Part shown: positions 56,230-64,000 of the stretch, piece after piece | Position numbering within the stretch: position 1 is the first letter of the stretch | Layout: every line of letters begins with the position of its first letter | The notes under the pieces: model-generated | Databases searched by the model: none | What the model saw: the letters and a program-made list of their open reading frames with translations, nothing else | Told to the model about the DNA's origin: nothing | Source of the DNA: Eledone cirrhosa | Taxonomy: Eukaryota | Direction of reading: 5' to 3' | DNA: 64,000 nt | NCBI GenBank assembly: GCA_964016885.1 | Contig: OZ024740.1 | Coordinates: 345,712,001 to 345,776,000 of the forward strand | Made by a program: the position numbers and the translations under genes

Positions 56230-59200
56230 TATAGACATAGAATATTCGAAAATATTCTGTATGTTTATAATAAACATTTTGAAGACCTAATCGCTATAGA
56301 ATAGAATACGTCACGTATTACAATTAGATTCTCGATAAAAGCAAGGGAAGTAATCTACGCGTTTCATTCTTGTTAGAAATCATCAGGACTACATATCCAG
56401 TGCTTTTATCGAGAATGACACAGCTAGAGACTTATAGAATACTTAGCTGTGTACAGGAACTGGTTTGAAAGAGCGGTTGCCGGTCCGGCAGAAATTAGAA
56501 ATTGGAATAAATGCTCTGAAATAGCGATATATATGTGAATATAGACATAGAATATTCGAAAATATTCTGTATGTTTATAATAAACATTTTGAAGACCTAA
56601 TCGCTATAGAATAGAATACGTCACGTATTACAATTAGATTCTCGATAAAAGCAAGGGAAGTAATCTACGCGTTTCATTCTTGTTAGAAATCATCAGGACT
56701 ACATATCCAGTGCTTTTATCGAGAATGACACAGCTAGAGACTTATAGAATACTTAGCTGTGTACAGGAACTGGTTTGAAAGAGCGGTTGCCGGTCCGGCA
56801 GAAATTAGAAATTGGAATAAATGCTCTGAAATAGCGATATATATGTGAATATAGACATAGAATATTCGAAAATATTCTGTATGTTTATAATAAACATTTT
56901 GAAGACCTAATCGCTATAGAATAGAATACGTCACGTATTACAATTAGATTCTCGATAAAAGCAAGGGAAGTAATCTACGCGTTTCATTCTTGTTAGAAAT
57001 CATCAGGACTACATATCCAGTGCTTTTATCGAGAATGACACAGCTAGAGACTTATAGAATACTTAGCTGTGTACAGGAACTGGTTTGAAAGAGCGGTTGC
57101 CGGTCCGGCAGAAATTAAAAATTGGAATAAATGCTCTGAAATAGCGATATATATGTGAATATAGACATAGAATATTCGAAAATATTCTGTATGTTTATAA
57201 TAAACATTTTGAAGACCTAATCGCTATAGAATAGAATACGTCACGTATTACAATTAGATTCTCGATAAAAGCAAGGGAAGTAATCTACGCGTTTCATTCT
57301 TGTTAGAAATCATCAGGACTACATATCCAGTGCTTTTATCGAGAATGACACAGCTAGAGACTTATAGAATACTTAGCTGTGTACAGGAACTGGTTTGAAA
57401 GAGCGGTTGCCGGTCCGGCAGAAATTAGAAATTGGAATAAATGCTCTGAAATAGCGATATATATGTGAATATAGACATAGAATATTCGAAAATATTCTGT
57501 ATGTTTATAATAAACATTTTGAAGACCTAATCGCTATAGAATAGAATACGTCACGTATTACAATTAGATTCTCGATAAAAGCAAGGGAAGTAATCTACGC
57601 GTTTCATTCTTGTTAGAAATCATCAGGACTACATATCCAGTGCTTTTATCGAGAATGACACAGCTAGAGACTTATAGAATACTTAGCTGTGTACAGGAAC
57701 TGGTTTGAAAGAGCGGTTGCCGGTCCGGCAGAAATTAGAAATTGGAATAAATGCTCTGAAATAGCGATATATATGTGAATATAGACATAGAATATTCGAA
57801 AATATTCTGTATGTTTATAATAAACATTTTGAAGACCTAATCGCTATAGAATAGAATACGTCACGTATTACAATTAGATTCTCGATAAAAGCAAGGGAAG
57901 TAATCTACGCGTTTCATTCTTGTTAGAAATCATCAGGACTACATATCCAGTGCTTTTATCGAGAATGACACAGCTAGAGACTTATAGAATACTTAGCTGT
58001 GTACAGGAACTGGTTTGAAAGAGCGGTTGCCGGTCCGGCAGAAATTAGAAATTGGAATAAATGCTCTGAAATAGCGATATATATGTGAATATAGACATAG
58101 AATATTCGAAAATATTCTGTATGTTTATAATAAACATTTTGAAGACCTAATCGCTATAGAATAGAATACGTCACGTATTACAATTAGATTCTCGATAAAA
58201 GCAAGGGAAGTAATCTACGCGTTTCATTCTTGTTAGAAATCATCAGGACTACATATCCAGTGCTTTTATCGAGAATGACACAGCTAGAGACTTATAGAAT
58301 ACTTAGCTGTGTACAGGAACTGGTTTGAAAGAGCGGTTGCCGGTCCGGCAGAAATTAGAAATTGGAATAAATGCTCTGAAATAGCGATATATATGTGAAT
58401 ATAGACATAGAATATTCGAAAATATTCTGTATGTTTATAATAAACATTTTGAAGACCTAATCGCTATAGAATAGAATACGTCACGTATTACAATTAGATT
58501 CTCGATAAAAGCAAGGGAAGTAATCTACGCGTTTCATTCTTGTTAGAAATCATCAGGACTACATATCCAGTGCTTTTATCGAGAATGACACAGCTAGAGA
58601 CTTATAGAATACTTAGCTGTGTACAGGAACTGGTTTGAAAGAGCGGTTGCCGGTCCGGCAGAAATTAGAAATTGGAATAAATGCTCTGAAATAGCGATAT
58701 ATATGTGAATATAGACATAGAATATTCGAAAATATTCTGTATGTTTATAATAAACATTTTGAAGACCTAATCGCTATAGAATAGAATACGTCACGTATTA
58801 CAATTAGATTCTCGATAAAAGCAAGGGAAGTAATCTACGCGTTTCATTCTTGTTAGAAATCATCAGGACTACATATCCAGTGCTTTTATCGAGAATGACA
58901 CAGCTAGAGACTTATAGAATACTTAGCTGTGTACAGGAACTGGTTTGAAAGAGCGGTTGCCGGTCCGGCAGAAATTAGAAATTGGAATAAATGCTCTGAA
59001 ATAGCGATATATATGTGAATATAGACATAGAATATTCGAAAATATTCTGTATGTTTATAATAAACATTTTGAAGACCTAATCGCTATAGAATAGAATACG
59101 TCACGTATTACAATTAGATTCTCGATAAAAGCAAGGGAAGTAATCTACGCGTTTCATTCTTGTTAGAAATCATCAGGACTACATATCCAGTGCTTTTATC

Positions 59201-59285
59201 GAGAATGACACAGCTAGAGACTTATAGAATACTTAGCTGTGTACAGGAACTGGTTTGAAAGAGCGGTTGCCGGTCCGGCAGAAAT
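56227..59285 (-). mobile_element. 310-bp tandem array (9 full units plus about 0.87 unit), retrozyme-like, one HHR per unit
   Basis: Units start at 56227, 56537, 56847 ... 59017. They appear identical except one G>A near 57118. (TA)n lies on both flanks. Confidence 0.85.
56350..56392 (-). ncRNA. Type I hammerhead ribozyme motif (unit 1; repeats every 310 bp, 10 copies)
   Basis: Minus strand reads GTAGTC-CTGATGA-tTTCT aaca AGAAt-GAAA-CGCG-TA-GATTAC. Stem I is extended past an internal loop by a 16-bp helix (56328-56343 with 56401-56416). Confidence 0.82.
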
Positions 59286-59291
59286 ATATAT

Positions 59292-59358
<67 letters not shown>

Positions 59359-59403
59359 GTATATATATATATATATATACGTATATATATATATATATAT
59401 ACG

Positions 59404-59489
<86 letters not shown>

Positions 59490-59510
59490 CGTATACATAC
59501 ACACATATAT

Positions 59511-59541
<31 letters not shown>

Positions 59542-59544
59542 CGT

Positions 59545-59583
<39 letters not shown>

Positions 59584-61143
59584 ACCTTAAAACTCTGGTA
59601 GTTTAAACCGCATCCATTAGCTGCTATATTTCCTTATCTCTTTGGTTTTAGTTCATTATTATTACCATTATTAGTTTTCTACGGTTTTTCGTTTTTAGTT
59701 TTCATAGTCTTTTTAGCTATCTTACCCTATCTATCATCTTAACCATTATTACATTTTTACTCACCATTGTCGCCTTATAAGTTTCTATCTTTATTTTCAT
59801 CCCTGGTTGGAGGGTATCTTATTGAATAGTTTAATTTTATTCTCCTACATCTAAGGCTAATGAACCTCGTCCTTTCTACACCTAAAATTCGCCTTGTTGA
59901 TTATATATAAATTTTTACTTTTATGCTCCTTCCTACCCTCCATAGTTTCACTTCTTTCTGTTCCCATTGTTCTACCATAGTTTTATTTAGAATTTTTTTC
60001 TTTGATAACGTTATTCGTCTGGAAGGATCGTAATATGTCCTGATAGATCTCTTAGCTTTTTTATTGGAATATCTTGATTTTATTCGACTTTGATGACTTG
60101 GGTTCTGTTCCGTGTGAAGTGACCCATGATGTATTTTAAACAATTTTAGTATTAATTAATTTAATAAGGTTTTTAATTTAATTCTTTGATTTCGAATAGT
60201 AATATTATCTATATTTACCTAATGACTTGTAACGCCTACGTGTCTGTGCTTGTTTTTGTTTTTGTTCTTCGTTTTTAATTTATTTATTTTTTTACTACCA
60301 CATGCTGTCTGTCTTCCTATCATTTGTTATTGTCTCCTGATATGTCTCTTTGTATTCATCGCGTAAATATGTCTTAAGCATTTTCCATTGATTCTGTGTG
60401 TCTGCCATCGTAATATTAACATTAATATGTCATATTATTTTTATGTAATTGAATTATAAATATATGTCCGATATTGAGGTACTGTTTTATAATATGTTAT
60501 GAATTTGAACTGCCTATATATTCTGTATATTTATTGTCAATATTATATATATTTATATATATTTTTTCACCATACTTTATTTTTATTTGATATTTTTTCT
60601 TACCATGTGAAAAAATTTATATACAATTTGTTGACCTTGAATGATACGTATGATATAGTTTTATATATGTTTTAATGTCAGTATATTATTCCATTGTTTT
60701 TGGTATTGTTTATTGTTTATGCACACCGTCAGGGTGGTTATTCTATTATAATGATTATTACATTATAAAGAGTATATTTATATTTAAATATTTAAATAAG
60801 TGTTAGTATGTGTTAGTGTAAATGTGTATATATATGGATATATATATATATATTAAGGTTTTTATTTCTTATTATCCATTATATTGTATTCTATATCATA
60901 TTATAATTCTTATAATTCTCACATTGTATTACCATGTTGTGTTTCAAGTATTTGTCTCATACTGTACTTTCAACGTGGGTTTGACATACTACTCGCTCTC
61001 TTGCCCTATAGTCAATATTTGCAAATGCACACTTTTAGCTTTAGCATATCTTTCCATGTTGTCTAAGTTTTCATAGATATAAGTTCCATGTTCTTCTGAG
61101 TTTTGGATTGTTCTGGCCGTTAATACTTCTTGTCTCTTTACTT

Positions 61144-61191
61144 GCTCTGATGAGTCCTTATTAATGGGACGAAACACTGTCAGCTAATAAA
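61144..61191 (+). ncRNA. Minimal type I hammerhead ribozyme motif followed by AATAAA
   Basis: GCT-CTGATGA-GTCC ttattaatg GGAC-GAAAC-act-GTC-AGC-TAATAAA, about 140 bp upstream of a (TA)n tract. Confidence 0.72.
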
Positions 61192-61330
61192 GACTTTTGA
61201 TGTATTGAAGGCTTCTTTGTTTATTTTTTATAATTTTACGGCTCTGTTGAATTACATTGAGCTATACCTTTACTGTCATTTCTCTAATACGACGAGTGTG
61301 TTTAACACCAACGCACTCAAGTATTTTAAT

Positions 61331-61481
<151 letters not shown>

Positions 61482-61587
61482 GTATATATATATATACCTA
61501 TATATATATACGTATATATATAAATACGTATATATATATATATATATACGTATATTTATATATATATATATATACGTATATATATAT

Positions 61588-61621
<34 letters not shown>

Positions 61622-61744
61622 CGTATATATATATATATATAAATATACGTATATATATATATATATATATATACGTATTTATATATATACGTATATATAT
61701 ATAGGTATATATATAAGTCAATGACTTACTAAGATAAACTAATC

Positions 61745-61935
61745 CAATATCCCTGATGTCTTCCAAAAGTAACGGTCGCATTTTGAAAGGGTATGTCAAA
61801 ATATATTTATAAAACTGTTATATATTGTATTTTGTCTGATGAAAGCATACCATAATTTAACATGGTATCCTTGAAATATGTATAATAAAATAGATATGGT
61901 TTTATAAATATAGTTTCCATTTAATAATATCGTAT
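61745..61935 (+). mobile_element. Solo copy of the PLE pLTR end with HHR (61828-61892)
   Basis: Homologous to 6071-6252, with the same AATATCG|TATA end. Confidence 0.8.
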
Positions 61936-61939
61936 ATAC

Positions 61940-62003
<64 letters not shown>

Positions 62004-62027
62004 GTATATATATATATATATATATAC

Positions 62028-62084
<57 letters not shown>

Positions 62085-62165
62085 AGGTGAGTTTTATTGT
62101 AGTACAATAAAGCAATGCAGATATCGGATAAGAAGCACTCTACCGTTTGTAGGACTGGAGTATAC

Positions 62166-62507
62166 ATAATATATAAGATCAAAAGATGGTTAAAGGAGTT
62201 CCATGTATTTTATTATGCGCATTTCAAAAACAAACATCATCATGCAATAATATTTGTGTTTTCATCAGATAAAACAGGAGAACATGATATGAAGGCTAAA
62301 AAACACTTGTGGATAGTGCAGTTTTAAATCAACATATATGTTGATTTAAAACTGCACTATCCACAAGTGTTTTTTAGCCTTCATATCATGTTCTCCTGTT
62401 TTATCTGATGAAAACACAAATATTATTGCATGATGATGTTTGTTTTTGAAATGCGCATAATAAAATACATGGAACTCCATTAAACATCTTTTGATCTTAT
62501 ATATTAT
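62166..62507. mobile_element. About 340-bp near-perfect palindrome carrying two divergent HHR motifs
   Basis: Centre AACATA|TATGTT (62336/62337). Each arm has TTTTAT-CTGATGA...GAAA-TGCGCA-TA-ATAAAA, homologous to 8818-8985. Confidence 0.85.
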
Positions 62508-62526
62508 ATATATATTCACGTACACC

Positions 62527-62645
<119 letters not shown>

Positions 62646-63105
62646 CTGTTATATGCTGGTCATATAATCAACATTGTCGATACATTTTCTCATGATCCTA
62701 GTAATTATAAGAGAATAACTATACAATGAAGATTATATGAGGGATAGTGAGGCCTTCTCAACTGAGACACATGAATAATAGTAATACATAAGAACATCAA
62801 AATTAATAATTTTACACAGAATTTTAATTACATTTGTTGCTAGAAAGTTCTATAGCAATGTGATACTGAAGAAGAAGCAATGGAAGTATTTTTCAAACTG
62901 TAAATCATGGAACGAAACAAGGCATACGATAGGGGAAAGACGAAAACGCAGTAAAGAAATGGCACATAAAGTATGGAAAAAATGGTCAATTACAGTGTGG
63001 ATACAGAATGGTATGATTAGAGTGATTTAAAAAAGTAAATGAACAGGAAAGACAATGGTATAGATTAAGAAGTAAATAGAACGATTGAACGAATGAACGC
63101 GCATG

Positions 63106-63151
<46 letters not shown>

Positions 63152-63155
<4 letters not shown>

Positions 63156-63325
63156 GATATTAACAAATGGGAACTATATTTATAAAACCATATTTATTTC
63201 ATTATACATATGGTGTGCTTTCATCAGATAAAATATAATATAGAGCAGTTTTATAAATAAATATTGAGATACCCTTAAAGAATGCAACCATTACTGTTGG
63301 AAGCTCCCGGATAGTGGAGTTATAA
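63152..63325 (-). mobile_element. Solo PLE pLTR end with a deletion through the HHR core
   Basis: Homologous to 3105-3290; lacks the GAAA and half of stem II. Confidence 0.75.
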
Positions 63326-63337
63326 CTTTAATTAATA

Positions 63338-63388
<51 letters not shown>

Positions 63389-63390
<2 letters not shown>

Positions 63391-63520
63391 AAGGCGGGTA
63401 AAATTCCCGAGATCCATGGACGAGTTCTCTCCAGCGGTCTCTGTCCCTCATTATCGCTGCCATGTCCTGCGTCTCCAACAGACCAGTGTCTGTCCTTAGG
63501 GCATCAACATACGTTAACCT
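63389..63520 (-). pseudogene. RTE-type LINE extreme 3' fragment
   Basis: Minus strand reads RLTYVDALRTDTG...MRDRDRWRELV, typical of RTE C-termini; flanked by TA. Confidence 0.55.
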
Positions 63521-64000
63521 AATATATATATATAGAGAGAGAGGGAGAGAGAGAGAGAGAGAGAGAGATCTGTAGTGTTTGTTCTGTATTGAGTTTCGTA
63601 GTCCTATTTAACTCACCAGTGGTTGATCAGTTACATGATATGTAACTAATGACGCAATTGAACACCAATTGCGATATGCATTTATATGTGTCAGTATTGG
63701 AATACACCTGAATATATATGAAGAAAAGAGCTCTTTTGTTCAGTATGGACGTAATTTACAAATTCCACTGACAAACGACAAATCAAGTACCAAAATGTCA
63801 AATTTTATGACACATGGATACGAAAGTTATAGTGATAATTCAAGTATATTTAGACTAAATGACAATCCTACTAGAAGAATCCAAGTTCTATATTCCATCA
63901 GAATATATTCCAAATGTTAAGCGAAATTATTACCCGAACAACAATTTCAGACAGGACCAGCCACAATTCAAAGATCGTACATGATTACTATAGAAGACTG

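Noticed and set aside
56227-59285. CRISPR-like array or plain satellite interpretation
   Set aside because: There are no unique spacers and no cas genes, and the context is eukaryotic. The HHR and fold argue against a simple satellite.
62700-63060. Possible additional R4-like LINE remnant
   Set aside because: Only faint motif echoes; not supportable without an alignment.

Overview
This is very AT-rich, repeat-only eukaryotic DNA with no recognisable host protein-coding gene. The SINE family suggests an octopod cephalopod (inference). Almost all ORF-track hits are (TA)n/(TG)n artefacts. Embedded in long (TA)n tracts are three Penelope-like element (PLE) remnants with GIY-YIG domains, two L1/Tx1-type LINE copies flanked by (TATC)n and disrupted by a 1.9-kb inversion, CR1-, RTE- and R4-type LINE fragments, Helitron derivatives and tRNA-derived SINEs. 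The main signal is an unusual density of type I hammerhead ribozyme (HHR) motifs in several unrelated non-coding elements. These include a near-perfect 310-bp tandem array (about 9.9 units, one HHR per unit, retrozyme-like), two 0.6-0.7 kb partial-tandem HHR elements, PLE terminal repeats, and fold-back palindromic elements that appear to be HHR-bearing 3' ends copied back on themselves. Together they suggest a (TA)n-targeted PLE/retrozyme system. All structures were read by eye; no folding or database search was run.
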